Assembly (NCBI GenBank): GCA_044222185.1
Contig: JBGANV010000001.1
Coordinates: 960,001 to 1,024,000, forward strand
Source: Planctomycetota bacterium
Lineage (GTDB): Bacteria; Planctomycetota; GCA-002687715; CAIWVZ01
DNA length: 64,000 nt
Direction: 5' to 3'
Shown here: one piece after another, positions 1 to 10,135 of the stretch
How the letters are laid out: the number at the start of each line of letters is the position of its first letter
How positions within the stretch are numbered: position 1 is the stretch's first letter
Made by a program: the position numbers and the translations under genes
The notes under the pieces: generated by a model
The model's database searches: none
The model's input: only the letters and a program-made list of their open reading frames with translations
Told to the model about the DNA's origin: nothing

Positions 1-1301
1 ACCGGACCGGCGATTTCCTTCGTCGCATCCACGAGGCCACGTCGGCACCCTTCGTCGTCCTGATCGTCGGACACGAGCCGGGATCCGGGGAAGTGGAGCC
101 TTACGCCGACCTGCAGATCGCCGAGCCGTTCCGCTACTCCATGCTCGTCGAAGCCCTGACCTATGCGACGGCACGTCGAGCCCCGCCACCAACGCCGGGT
201 GACACACCCCCGGCCGTCGTCCCGCAGGCGGCGTCATCTCCCATTTTTGGCCAGCGCGGCGCCCGCCTCCTCGGCGCCGTGCGCCGCTTGACCGAGCTCG
301 AGCGCGACAAGGAACAGCTGCTCACGGTCTGCGTCGAGATGTTCCTGGAGATGGCCGACGCCGAGCGCGGCTCGCTCCTGCTCGCCACCGACTCCCGACA
401 GCTCGAGGTCGTTCGCAGGTCGGGTTTCGGGAGCGCCGTCGAGGCCGAGGACGCGGTGGCGGAACGCTATGCGCCGGAGGTCGCGAGCGATCGCTGCCCC
501 CGGATCATCATGTCGGTTCCGGTGACCGAGGCAGGTCGGTCCACGGACACCACCTCGTGTCTCGTGATCCCGCTCCTCGATCAGCGACAACTCGTCGGCG
601 TCGTCGCCCTTTCGCATCGCCGTGGAGGCGAGGTCTTCAAGGAGTCGGACCTCGAGTCGGCGACCATGCTCGCACGCCAGCTCGTGATCAGCGTGTCGAA
701 CGCGAACCAGTTCGCCGAGCTCCAGCGGATGGCCGTGATCGATCCACTGACCGGCCTCTTCAACAGGCGATACTTCGAACGGCAGATGGTGCTCGAGCTC
801 GAACGCGCGCGCCGGTACAACCGCCACCTCACACTCGCCATCATCGACATCGACAAGTTCAAGCTGTTCAACGACCTTCACGGATACAGCACTGGCGACT
901 TCGTGATCCGTTCGGTCGCTCAGGTCTTGCGCCGGAGCTTCCGCGAAGTGGACATCGTCACGCGTTGGGGTGGCGACGAGTTCGCCGTCATCCTTCCGGA
1001 GACCGGCAAACCGCGCCCCAACGATGCGACCGCCGGTCCCACGCGCCACTACGTCGAGCGCGTCCGCCTGGCCGTCGAGACCTTCGACTTCAGCCGGGAC
1101 CTGCCGGGGCTCCACTCGCCGATCACGATCTCGGCGGGGGTTGCCACCTTCCCGCTGGACACGAACACGTGGGAGAACCTCTTCCACCTGGCGAACCAGG
1201 CGCTGCTCCGCGCGAAACGCGCGGGCCACAATCGCGTGGCACTGTCCGAGTCGTTGCCCGAGCCGGAGCGCGCCGAGAACGGCAGCGAGGCTCCGCGGTA
1301 G
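1..1301 (+). CDS. GAF + GGDEF diguanylate cyclase, 5'-truncated by the window edge
   Basis: RWGGDEF active site, REVD (RxxD) I-site, DPLTGLFNRR motif, upstream GAF-like region. The frame is open from base 3, so the track start at 93 is probably internal. Confidence 0.9.
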   Translation, partial: RTGDFLRRIHEATSAPFVVLIVGHEPGSGEVEPYADLQIAEPFRYSMLVEALTYATARRAPPPTPGDTPPAVVPQAASSPIFGQRGARLLGAVRRLTELERDKEQLLTVCVEMFLEMADAERGSLLLATDSRQLEVVRRSGFGSAVEAEDAVAERYAPEVASDRCPRIIMSVPVTEAGRSTDTTSCLVIPLLDQRQLVGVVALSHRRGGEVFKESDLESATMLARQLVISVSNANQFAELQRMAVIDPLTGLFNRRYFERQMVLELERARRYNRHLTLAIIDIDKFKLFNDLHGYSTGDFVIRSVAQVLRRSFREVDIVTRWGGDEFAVILPETGKPRPNDATAGPTRHYVERVRLAVETFDFSRDLPGLHSPITISAGVATFPLDTNTWENLFHLANQALLRAKRAGHNRVALSESLPEPERAENGSEAPR

Positions 1302-1314
1302 CGACGGTCTCGGA

Positions 1315-3171
1315 TCACTTCCGGTTCAGCAGATTCAGGAACGGATCGAGGTCTCGCGCTTCCGTTTGGAACACCAGCCCGGGATGGATGTCCACCTCGC
1401 CGAAATCGGCTCCGGCTCCGTCACGCGCGCCGACGCGCCAGGTCATCACCTGCCCAGGCGCATCGACGTTGACCTTCACCTCCGACTGCTGGATGGTGTC
1501 CTTCCATTTCACGATGAGCCGCGGCCGATCGAGACCGTGCTCGGGGACCGCTCGGGATGAAACGAACGACTTCACCGTGAGCAGGGATACCTTCGTGAGG
1601 ATCGGATCGCTCACTTCCACAGGCAACGGCGCCCAATCCCCCTCCTGCCCCTTGTACTTCCAGACGATCGTCCGGTCGGGCTGCAGCATGGCCTTCATCG
1701 TGACCGTGCGCCTGCCCGGTTCCTCGATCGAGACCTCGAGAATCGAGAACCATGCCGTGGCGTTCGCCTGACGTGCAAGCAGGTGAAAATAGGGCCGCTC
1801 GAGGAAGTCGGTGGCCGACGACTTGAGCGTTCCGGTGAGCCGGCCTCCGTCCACGTCGACGGCACGCTGGCCGCCATCGTCTCCACCGATGAGGATCTGG
1901 TGAGACACCAACCGGTCGGCCTCCGTGGCACCGGCCTCGTCGACGATCACCGTCAGCCGAGGGCTTGGAACTCTTACTGCGGCGTCGACGGACGTGACTG
2001 ACAAGCGCTGCAGCGAATCGATGAACGACGTCTGCGCGGAGGCGTCCAGGGTGAGTTTCGGAACCTGGCCGTGAACGGGCGGCCATTTCCATTCCGGCGG
2101 CGGGGCGAAGAAGTACGGCCCGGCGCCTGGACGCCCCACGTCGATGAGCGTCTCACCGTCGCGCAGAACCCGAACACGGCGGATTCGCGAGGAGTCCTGT
2201 GTCACGAGGGTTCGTTCGAGGAAATCCGGAGCACCGCGCCCGAGCGCTTCGACGATGAGGGGCCGGACGAAACCCCACGTGGCGTCGCCCTTGCGACGCG
2301 CGGCGACGAGCCCCCGGTGATCGGAATCACCGAACTCCATGGTCGTCGCCGATTCGGATCCGATCGCTTCGACGTCGACGACGAGCCGCGGAGTCGCTGG
2401 GCGCGACCCGGGCGCGCCAGATGCGGGGTCTGCGTCCTGAAGCTCGAGTGACGAGAGCGTCGCGACGAGGCGATCGCACCGCACCTGATCGGCCCGGGCC
2501 AGACTCGGGGCCCGCAGGATCCACTGGCTCGACTCCTTTGCCACCGTGAAGGATCCGATCCCTGGATCCGCGGATTGGACGCGCACGCTGCGTACGGCCG
2601 TCGGCTCGACGACCACGAGGTGGCGTTCGAGCCAGTCACCGGCAGGTTTGATCACCTCGCGAACGATCTGTCCGTCGACCTCGACCGGAGGCCACCGATC
2701 ATCGACGCGCGCCGCCACGCTCTGGTCGGTGACGTCCGCACCAAACCAGATCGTGCGGTTCGAGCCGTCTTTCATCGTCACGGTCACCGACCGGCGCATG
2801 CCTGGCGCGAGCCCGAACCGGCCCGGTTCGTCCTGGCTTGCCCCCGCGATCACGCGGACGGCACTCGCCTCACGCAGGGTGTCGAGCAGGCTTTCGACAC
2901 TGCGCCTTCGCGCCGGCCGGACCATCTCACCTCCCGAATTCGTCTCGGCGAGCGTCCACGAGTCGCCGGCCCCGGCGCGGCGCAACAGGACGGTGCCGTC
3001 CGGCTTGCCTTCGATCGCGATCTTCACCTGAACGACGTCCGCCGCAGTGACGCCCGCGAGGAGCCTCCGTGCTTCGGCCGTACGTGGCGCTTCGTTGCGA
3101 CTGACGAACCAGGCCACGCCGGCAGCAACCGCCAGGAGGATGACGAGGACGAGGGTCGTGCGCGGCGACAT
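1315..3171 (-). CDS. DUF4340-like exported protein
   Basis: N-terminal TM/signal, repeated 'FGL..P/HGLDRP' segments, coupled to the GldG-like gene (TGATG overlap at 3171). Confidence 0.7.
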   Translation of the reverse strand: MSPRTTLVLVILLAVAAGVAWFVSRNEAPRTAEARRLLAGVTAADVVQVKIAIEGKPDGTVLLRRAGAGDSWTLAETNSGGEMVRPARRRSVESLLDTLREASAVRVIAGASQDEPGRFGLAPGMRRSVTVTMKDGSNRTIWFGADVTDQSVAARVDDRWPPVEVDGQIVREVIKPAGDWLERHLVVVEPTAVRSVRVQSADPGIGSFTVAKESSQWILRAPSLARADQVRCDRLVATLSSLELQDADPASGAPGSRPATPRLVVDVEAIGSESATTMEFGDSDHRGLVAARRKGDATWGFVRPLIVEALGRGAPDFLERTLVTQDSSRIRRVRVLRDGETLIDVGRPGAGPYFFAPPPEWKWPPVHGQVPKLTLDASAQTSFIDSLQRLSVTSVDAAVRVPSPRLTVIVDEAGATEADRLVSHQILIGGDDGGQRAVDVDGGRLTGTLKSSATDFLERPYFHLLARQANATAWFSILEVSIEEPGRRTVTMKAMLQPDRTIVWKYKGQEGDWAPLPVEVSDPILTKVSLLTVKSFVSSRAVPEHGLDRPRLIVKWKDTIQQSEVKVNVDAPGQVMTWRVGARDGAGADFGEVDIHPGLVFQTEARDLDPFLNLLNRK

Positions 3172-4772
3172 CAGTTTCTCCGCCGGAGCCAGACGGCGAT
3201 GCCGATGACGGCAAGGACGAGTGGAAATCCACCGAGCGCCGCAAGGCGGAACGTCGAGAGCAGCTCGGGCGAAAGTTCTACCTGCGAACCGGCGACCTCC
3301 GCCTCGACGACCCCGATCGTGGCGTTGCGGTCCACGAGCCAGTTGAGTGCGTTCAGGATGAAGTCCCGGTTGCCGTAGTGGGTGCCGAGGGCGAGCTTCG
3401 TCGGGTTCATCACGTCACTGGATCCGACGACGACGACTCGCGCCTTCTGAGACGTGCTCGACGGGCGCTCCAACGCGACGGCGAGGATGGCATTGGGCGT
3501 CGCCTTCTTCGCGTTCTCGATGAAGTCGGGGGCGCCGGTCTCGCTCTTGAATTCGACGGGCACGGTCTTCGAGTCGGACGAGGCTCGGAGCAGCGCGACT
3601 CGGACCCCGCCCTCGGCCGTGAGGTTCTCGATCTCGATGGGGCGTGTGAGCCCCAGGTGGATGCCGATCCGTCCTTCGAGCGGCCGGTCGATCTCGTGTG
3701 TCCCGACACAGAAGTCGGCTGAGATCAGTTGGGCCGCATTCGTTTGATTCGGGTACATCCGGGACGGGTCTTCGACCTCCCCGTCCACGACGCGAACGCC
3801 GTAGCGCTCGAGAACGCGGCGGTAGCCTTCCGGCAACCGGGGATCGCAGCAGATCAGCAACCGACCACCGGACGCTTCGAAGCGCTTGAGGGCCTCCGTT
3901 TCCTCGACTCCGAGGAGCTTCCCGACGCCGGGAAGCAGCACCAGGCTGACCTCCGGCGGTACGCCCCGGTTCAGCTCGACGGGCACCGGCTCGAAGCCCT
4001 GGGACTTCAAGATCCTCGTCAGCGCCTCGAACTCCTTCGACTCGGGTCCGAACACCGCCGAGGCTCCGCGCGGCACTCCCACTTTCACGGACTCTCCGGC
4101 GGCGACTCCACGGAGAGCATCCGTCAGCTCGGTCTGCACGCGCCAGTCGCCCAGGATCTCCGGCGGAACCGCCGGCCACCGCGGGTCCGGAGGGAAGTTC
4201 CCCCACTGGATCCGGGCGATTCTGTTGATCGGCACGGTGCGCTCCCGATCGCCCGCACGGAGCACGACCTGGTTCATGCCCCGGATCAGGTCCGACATGG
4301 GGCGATGCTGGCGTTCGGCCACCTCCTTCACCCGAACCGGTTCCATCTCCGCGTCGACGATGTCCACGCGGACGTTCTCGGACAACTTGCTCCACTCCGT
4401 GAGGACCGTCGTGACGCGTCCCGCGACCTGCAGAAGGATCGGACGATATTGTTCGAGAAGAAGGTTCTCCCGGGGCTGGCCCGCGAGGTCCAACGTGCGC
4501 TTCTTGATCTCGGCGTCGAACCCGAAGACGAACGTCACGCTGACGGGAACCGGCAGCTTGCGGACGATGGACTGTGCGAGCGGATCGATCGTGAACCGGT
4601 GGTCGCGCGTGAGATCCGCCCGCAGGCTGTGATTGAACGAGATCCGGCCGACGACGAACACGATCACGAACGCCAGGAGCGTCGCGAGCGCGCAGATCAC
4701 GACGACGTTCATGAAGATCGAGACCTGCGCGCCCCGCGTCAGGGCGCCGTGCGGCTGTTCTTTCACCGCCAT
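3171..4772 (-). CDS. GldG-like ABC transporter auxiliary component
   Basis: True start MAVKEQ at 4772. 'DLTRDHRFTI' and 'GNRDFILNALNWL' motifs, C-terminal TM ending WLRRRN. Confidence 0.8.
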   Translation of the reverse strand: MAVKEQPHGALTRGAQVSIFMNVVVICALATLLAFVIVFVVGRISFNHSLRADLTRDHRFTIDPLAQSIVRKLPVPVSVTFVFGFDAEIKKRTLDLAGQPRENLLLEQYRPILLQVAGRVTTVLTEWSKLSENVRVDIVDAEMEPVRVKEVAERQHRPMSDLIRGMNQVVLRAGDRERTVPINRIARIQWGNFPPDPRWPAVPPEILGDWRVQTELTDALRGVAAGESVKVGVPRGASAVFGPESKEFEALTRILKSQGFEPVPVELNRGVPPEVSLVLLPGVGKLLGVEETEALKRFEASGGRLLICCDPRLPEGYRRVLERYGVRVVDGEVEDPSRMYPNQTNAAQLISADFCVGTHEIDRPLEGRIGIHLGLTRPIEIENLTAEGGVRVALLRASSDSKTVPVEFKSETGAPDFIENAKKATPNAILAVALERPSSTSQKARVVVVGSSDVMNPTKLALGTHYGNRDFILNALNWLVDRNATIGVVEAEVAGSQVELSPELLSTFRLAALGGFPLVLAVIGIAVWLRRRN

Positions 4773-5497
4773 TTGCGAACCTCCAGCGAGCGAACGGCGA
4801 ACAGGAGAAACAGCGCCGTCATGACGAGCTGGTATGTGAAATCGTTCCCGTCGAGGATTCCGAGCGAGCCCGCCTGGACGTGCGTCGCCAGCGAACCCCT
4901 GAGGAGGCTCAACGCGATCGGGTGCTCGGGCGGCACCTGCTGGAGAACGAGCGGTGGCCCGAGAAACATGACCAGCTGGAGGATCAGCGAGATGAAAGCG
5001 GCAAGCACCTGCGCTTGCGTCAGCGACGAGGCGAAGACGCCGATCGCGAGGAATACGCTGCCCGTGCCGAGAAGCGACAGGTACGCGGCGATGAGTTGCC
5101 CGGGGTCGGGGCGCCCTCCGTACGGAATGAGCGTCAACGCGAGCATGGGCACGATGAGGGCCGCGATCGCGTGCACGACCCAAACCGCCATGAACTTGCC
5201 GATGACGACTTCGTGATCGGCGACCGGAGCGGTCATGAGCGTTTCGAAGGTGCCGCTGCGCTTCTCCTCGCTGAGGATGCGCATGCACAGGACCGGGACG
5301 ACCAGCAGCTGGATCGCGAGCCAACGCGACGCGGCGTCGTAGATGAATCGCGAGACTTCGCCGCCGCTCGCCGGGAGGGACCACAGATAGGCCATGCCGC
5401 CCTCGAGCAGCCATGCGAGCGCGAGCGCGAACCACATCACGGGACTCACGAAGGTCGACCGCAGTTCGCGCTGCGCGATCAGGAGAATGCGGCCCAT
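4763..5497 (-). CDS. ABC-2 type permease (GldF-like)
   Basis: 'EEKRSGTFETLMTAPV...GKF' signature, about 6 TM segments. Confidence 0.9.
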   Translation of the reverse strand: MGRILLIAQRELRSTFVSPVMWFALALAWLLEGGMAYLWSLPASGGEVSRFIYDAASRWLAIQLLVVPVLCMRILSEEKRSGTFETLMTAPVADHEVVIGKFMAVWVVHAIAALIVPMLALTLIPYGGRPDPGQLIAAYLSLLGTGSVFLAIGVFASSLTQAQVLAAFISLILQLVMFLGPPLVLQQVPPEHPIALSLLRGSLATHVQAGSLGILDGNDFTYQLVMTALFLLFAVRSLEVRKWR

Positions 5498-6369
5498 CAG
5501 ACTTCACTCCCCGAGGTGAGCCGCGCGAACGTCCGCTCGAGGGAGTCGAGTTGCGGCCCGAATTCGACGAGTTCGCCGCCAGACGCGACGATCTCGGAGG
5601 CGAGCCTGCTGCCATCTGACTCCGATCCGATGTGGAGAGTCTGGACTCCGTCGGACAGCTCGCTGCCCGGACGGGCGGCTCCTCGCCATCGGAGGCGCCA
5701 TTCCCGAGCGCGCCGCAGGTCCTTGAGGGACGACCGGGCGACCACGTTCCCCCGGTGAATGATGACGACCTGCTCGCACGTCGCCTCCACCTCGGGGATG
5801 ATGTGCGTCGACACGAACACCGTGCGTTTCTCGCCGACGTCCTTCACGAGGTGTCGCACCTGCATGCGTTGCGTCGGGTCGAGCCCCGACGTCGGCTCAT
5901 CCAGAATCAGGACGCTCGGGCGGTGAACGATGGCGTCTGCCAGGCCGACTCGTTGGCGATACCCCTTCGACAGCGTTCCGATCGGCCGCTTCAGGACGTC
6001 GTCGATTCGGCACCTGGTCGCGGCCTCGTCGACGGCTGCGGTCACCTCGCGAGCGGAGACTCCCTTCAGCCGCGCCCTGAATCGGAGGTACTCGGCCACG
6101 CGAAGCTCGAGGTGAAGCGGAACCGATTCGGGCAGATAGCCGATCAGGCGACGCACGTCCATCGATTGACGAACGGTGTCGAACCCGCAGACGCTCACGG
6201 AGCCGCCGGTAGGCGGAAGGAAACACGACAGCACGCGGAGCGTGGTCGTCTTCCCGGCGCCGTTCAGGCCGAGGAATCCCGTGACGCTCCCCGCCGGAAC
6301 GTCGAAGGTGAGTCCGTGAAGCGCCGTGAACGCGCCAAACCGCTTGACGAGCGACCTCACTTCGATCAC
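5497..6369 (-). CDS. ABC transporter ATP-binding protein (GldA-like)
   Basis: Walker A GLNGAGKTT, LSKGYRQR signature, ILDEPT. Likely GTG start at 6369 after GGAAGGGG. Confidence 0.92.
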   Translation of the reverse strand: MIEVRSLVKRFGAFTALHGLTFDVPAGSVTGFLGLNGAGKTTTLRVLSCFLPPTGGSVSVCGFDTVRQSMDVRRLIGYLPESVPLHLELRVAEYLRFRARLKGVSAREVTAAVDEAATRCRIDDVLKRPIGTLSKGYRQRVGLADAIVHRPSVLILDEPTSGLDPTQRMQVRHLVKDVGEKRTVFVSTHIIPEVEATCEQVVIIHRGNVVARSSLKDLRRAREWRLRWRGAARPGSELSDGVQTLHIGSESDGSRLASEIVASGGELVEFGPQLDSLERTFARLTSGSEV

Positions 6370-6550
6370 GCGCACCCCTTCCAACAGGTCCGGGCCATGA
6401 CAGGACACGACGTCCAGGTGATTCAGGGCGCGATTGTTGCAAAGGCCATGCCCACCGCAACGGCATGCGGGGAACCTTGAGGTTACGGCGCGTCGCGCGT
6501 CGCCAGGGCCGTCAACGACCGTGGGCCGGCGCGCGAATTCGAACGAGGCC

Positions 6551-6580
6551 GATGCCGCCGACCCCCAGGCCAGCGGCATC
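6551..6580 (-). terminator. GC-rich hairpin just downstream of dnaK, possible terminator
   Basis: gatgccgc...gcggcatc inverted repeat; no strong U-tract. Confidence 0.45.
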
Positions 6581-6586
6581 CGAACA

Positions 6587-8524
6587 TCACTTCTTCACTT
6601 CGAAGTCGGCGTCGATGACGTTGTCGTCTCCGCCCTTGCCGCCCTTCCCGGGCTTGCCGTCGCCGGCACCTGGCCCGGCGCCCGCGGCGCCACCCGCGGC
6701 CGCGCCGGCCTCGGCACCCGAGTAGAGCTTTTCGGCCAACGTGTAGGACGCCTCCTGCAAGTCGGTGATGGCCTTCTCGATGGCCGCCGTGTCCTCGCGA
6801 TCCTTCTCGGCCTTAAGGTGCGACATTGCGGCTTCGATCTTCGACTTGGCTGCCGCATCGATCTTGTCGCCGTGCTGCTTCAGGTTCTTCTCGACCTCGT
6901 AGAGGATCATCTCGGCCTTGTTCCGCGCCTCGATGAGCTCACGCGCCTTCTTGTCGCTCTCGGCGTTGGATTCGGCCTCGCGGCGCATCCGCTCGATCTC
7001 GTCCTTCGAGAGTCCGGACGACGTCGTGATGCGGACCTGTTGCTCCTTGCCGGTCCCCTGATCCTTCGCGGAGACGTGCAGGATGCCGTTGGCGTCGATG
7101 TCGAACGTCACCTCGACCTTCGGCATGCCACGGGGAGCGGCGGGGATTCCCGCGAGGTCGAAACGGCCCAGCGTCCGGTTGTCTGCCGCGCGCGGACGCT
7201 CTCCCTGCAGGACGTGGATCGAAACGGTCGACTGGTTGTCCTCCGCGGTGCTGAACACCTGCGAGCGCTTCGTCGGGATCGTCGTGTTGCGCTCGATCAA
7301 CGGCGTCATGACGCCGCCGAGCGTCTCGATCCCCAGAGAAAGCGGCGTCACGTCGAGCAGGAGAACGTCACTTCGCTCGCCCGCCAGGATGCTGCCCTGG
7401 ACGGCGGCTCCAAGGGCGACGACCTCGTCGGGATTCACGCTGCGGTCCGGCTCCTTGCCGAACAGTTCCTTGACGAGTGCTTGGACGGCCGGAGTGCGAG
7501 TGGAACCGCCGACGAGGATGACCTTGTCGACCTGCGCCGGTTTCAGCTTGGCATCTTCGAGGGCGCGGAGCACCGGGCCCTTCGATCGTTGGATCAACGG
7601 ATCGACGAGCCGCTCGAACTCCGAGCGCTTGAGCGTGAACTGGAGGTGCTTGGGACCCGTCTTGTCCGCCGTGATGAACGGGAGGTTGATCTCCGTCTGG
7701 ACCGAGCTCGACAACTCGCACTTGGCCTTCTCGCAGGCTTCCTTCAGACGTTGCAGAGCCATGGCATCCTGCCGAAGGTCGATGCCGTTGTCCTTCTTGA
7801 ACTGCCCAGCGACGTGGTCGATGAGGACGTTGTCGAAGTCGTCACCGCCAAGGTGAGTGTCACCGTTCGTCGCGAGGACCTCGAACGTCTTGCCTTCCCC
7901 ACCGGCATCGGCGACTTCGAGGATCGAGATGTCGAACGTGCCGCCGCCGAGGTCGTAGATGGCGATCTTCTCGTTCTTCTTCTTGTCCAAGCCGTACGCG
8001 AGGGCGGCTGCCGTCGGCTCGTTGATGATGCGCACGACTTCCAGCCCGGCGATCGTCCCTGCGTCCTTGGTTGCCTGGCGCTGAGCGTCGTTGAAGTAGG
8101 CCGGGACGGTGATGACCGCTTTCGTGACGGCCTCGCCGAGGTGCGCCTCGGCGGTCTCCTTGAGCTTGCGAAGGATCTTCGCCGAGATCTCCGGCGGGGT
8201 GTGATCCTTGCCGCCGATGCGGACCTTCGCCAGGTCCCCAGTCCCGCCCACCAGCTCGTATGGAACCCGCTTCTCCTCGTCGCCGACCTCGGCCCGGCGG
8301 CGGCCCATGAAGCGCTTGATCGAGAAGATGGTCTTCTTCGGGTTCGTCACGGCCTGGCGCTTGGCCGATTGGCCGACGAGTTCCTCACCGCTGTCCGTGA
8401 ACGCGACGACCGAAGGCGTCGTCCGGTTCCCTTCCGCGTTCACGATCACCTGGGGCTCGCCGCCCTCGACGTATGCGACGACCGAGTTCGTGGTCCCGAG
8501 GTCGATTCCGATGATCTTTGGCAT
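6587..8524 (-). CDS. dnaK: Molecular chaperone DnaK (Hsp70)
   Basis: [26 protein letters not shown]-terminal VIDADFE. SD GGAGG before ATG at 8524. Confidence 0.99.
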   Translation of the reverse strand: MPKIIGIDLGTTNSVVAYVEGGEPQVIVNAEGNRTTPSVVAFTDSGEELVGQSAKRQAVTNPKKTIFSIKRFMGRRRAEVGDEEKRVPYELVGGTGDLAKVRIGGKDHTPPEISAKILRKLKETAEAHLGEAVTKAVITVPAYFNDAQRQATKDAGTIAGLEVVRIINEPTAAALAYGLDKKKNEKIAIYDLGGGTFDISILEVADAGGEGKTFEVLATNGDTHLGGDDFDNVLIDHVAGQFKKDNGIDLRQDAMALQRLKEACEKAKCELSSSVQTEINLPFITADKTGPKHLQFTLKRSEFERLVDPLIQRSKGPVLRALEDAKLKPAQVDKVILVGGSTRTPAVQALVKELFGKEPDRSVNPDEVVALGAAVQGSILAGERSDVLLLDVTPLSLGIETLGGVMTPLIERNTTIPTKRSQVFSTAEDNQSTVSIHVLQGERPRAADNRTLGRFDLAGIPAAPRGMPKVEVTFDIDANGILHVSAKDQGTGKEQQVRITTSSGLSKDEIERMRREAESNAESDKKARELIEARNKAEMILYEVEKNLKQHGDKIDAAAKSKIEAAMSHLKAEKDREDTAAIEKAITDLQEASYTLAEKLYSGAEAGAAAGGAAGAGPGAGDGKPGKGGKGGDDNVIDADFEVKK

Positions 8525-8607
8525 GGCTCTCCACCTCCGCCCTCGTGGGCGGCGCATCGGGCGCCACCCGGGAAAACGGACAATTTGTTCGATCGAAACG
8601 GCGCAGA

Positions 8608-8623
8608 AGCAACGTGAGTGCCA
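8608..8623 (-). promoter_or_regulatory. sigma54 (-24/-12) promoter for dnaK
   Basis: Minus strand TGGCAC-TCACG-TTGCT matches the TGGCAC-N5-TTGCW consensus, about 85 bp upstream of the dnaK ATG. Confidence 0.85.
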
Positions 8624-8749
8624 GACGCGCGCCGTCGTTCACGCGCCAGCGGCAGCGGTGGAGTCGCCTTGTTTCAGGCGGAGTCAGGCCCATGTCGCCG
8701 CTCTCGGAGTTTCGGATCACCGCGACGCTTCGCGCCGGCGCCTCGGAGC

Positions 8750-8762
8750 TGACAAATTGTCA
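8750..8762. promoter_or_regulatory. Palindrome TGACAAATTGTCA, candidate enhancer (UAS) for the adjacent bEBP
   Basis: Inverted repeat about 127 bp upstream of the -24 element; related copy GGACAATTTGTTC at 8578-8590. Confidence 0.55.
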
Positions 8763-8773
8763 CAGCCGGACCG

Positions 8774-10135
8774 TCAGGTCATGCCGTACTCTTTGAGCTT
8801 CCTGTAGAGGGTGCGTTCCGAGATGCCGAGAGCCTTCGCGACCTTCGCCCGGTTCCCCTCATGACGCTCGAGATTCATGCGGATGAGTTCGCGTTCCACC
8901 CGTTTGAGCGTCATCCCCTCGAGCGCGCCGACCGGCACGAGCGCCGTTCCCGGGCGCACTTCCTGCAACTCCTGTGGGATTGCGTCAGGCTCGATCCACT
9001 CCTTCTTCGTGAGGAGCACCATGGTTTCGAGTGAGTTCTGGAGCTCGCGGACGTTCCCAGGCCAGTCGTACTGAACCAGGAGCCGCATCGCATCGGGCGA
9101 CACGCCCCGGACGGTTCGGCCATGCCGCCGCGCGAATTCCGCGACGAAACGCTCGGCGAGCAGCGGGATGTCTCCGCGGCGTTCGCGCAGGGGCGGAACG
9201 CTGATGGCGACGACTTTCAGCCGGTAATAGAGGTCTTCACGGAAAGTCCCGCGTCGGACCTCCTGCTCGAGGTTCTTGTGCGTCGCCGCGATGAGCCGGA
9301 CGTCCACGTCGATCGGCTGGTTGCTCCCGACGCGTGTGATGCGGCGCTCCTGGATCACGCGAAGCAGTTTCACCTGGACGGGAAGCGGCATGTCGCCCAC
9401 TTCGTCCAGGAACAGGGTGCCCTTGTCGGCGAATTCGAATCGCCCCTCCCGCGCGGACGCCGCGCCCGTGAATGCGCCCTTCTCGTGGCCAAACAGCTCG
9501 GAATCGAGAAGTCCCTCGGAGAGGGCGGCGCAGTTCAGCGCGACGAATGGCTTGTTGCGGCGTGGCGAAAGCCCATGGATCGCCTTCGCGACGAGTTCCT
9601 TGCCGGTGCCGCTCTCGCCGAGGATGAGGACGGTGGCGTTCGTGGGCGCGACTTGCGTCACGAGATCGAAGACCCGCATCATGGGAGCCGTCGTCGCGAC
9701 GATCTCCGTGAAATCGCCGAGCGTCGGCTCGGCCCGCGCCGGCAGGTCCGAGCGGCGGCGGCTCCGGCCTTCGATCGACCGCGCGACGACGCGCCTGACG
9801 TGATCGATGTCGAGCGGCTTGGTGAAGTAATAGGCCGCGCCGAGCTGCATGGACTCGACCGCATCCTCGATCGTCCCGGCGGCGGAAACGAACATGACGT
9901 CCGTCGACGGCGCCACTTGTTGCGCCGTCGTGAGCAGCTCGGTCGCTCGCCGATCACCGACGATCACGTCGGTGATGACGGCCTGATAGGGCTCGCCTCC
10001 GAGCCGCTTCTGGGCGTCGGGGATCGAAGACGACATCTCGACGTCATAGCCGCTGCGACGCAGCGCCTCGGCCAACGTCGTCGCGTGGCCGTGATCCGGT
10101 TCGACGAGCAGGATGCGCGAGCGTGGAGTCGTCAC
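8774..10135 (-). CDS. sigma54-dependent NtrC-family response regulator (REC-AAA+-Fis HTH)
   Basis: GESGTGKE, GAFTGA, FREDLYYRL, WPGNVREL, C-terminal HTH. GTGA overlap with the kinase stop. Confidence 0.95.
   Translation of the reverse strand: MTTPRSRILLVEPDHGHATTLAEALRRSGYDVEMSSSIPDAQKRLGGEPYQAVITDVIVGDRRATELLTTAQQVAPSTDVMFVSAAGTIEDAVESMQLGAAYYFTKPLDIDHVRRVVARSIEGRSRRRSDLPARAEPTLGDFTEIVATTAPMMRVFDLVTQVAPTNATVLILGESGTGKELVAKAIHGLSPRRNKPFVALNCAALSEGLLDSELFGHEKGAFTGAASAREGRFEFADKGTLFLDEVGDMPLPVQVKLLRVIQERRITRVGSNQPIDVDVRLIAATHKNLEQEVRRGTFREDLYYRLKVVAISVPPLRERRGDIPLLAERFVAEFARRHGRTVRGVSPDAMRLLVQYDWPGNVRELQNSLETMVLLTKKEWIEPDAIPQELQEVRPGTALVPVGALEGMTLKRVERELIRMNLERHEGNRAKVAKALGISERTLYRKLKEYGMT

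Noticed and set aside
4773-5615. N-terminal extension of the 814-aa GldG-like ORF
   Set aside because: Overlaps the real permease gene in another frame and is Arg/Pro-rich junk; true start is 4772
6434-8617. 727-aa ORF antisense to dnaK
   Set aside because: Well-known shadow frame of dnaK in GC-rich genomes, sometimes mis-annotated as glutamate dehydrogenase; explained by codon bias
8597-8624. Possible CIRCE (TGGCACTC half-site) upstream of dnaK
   Set aside because: The second arm GAGTGCTAA is absent at N9; the sequence fits a sigma54 promoter instead
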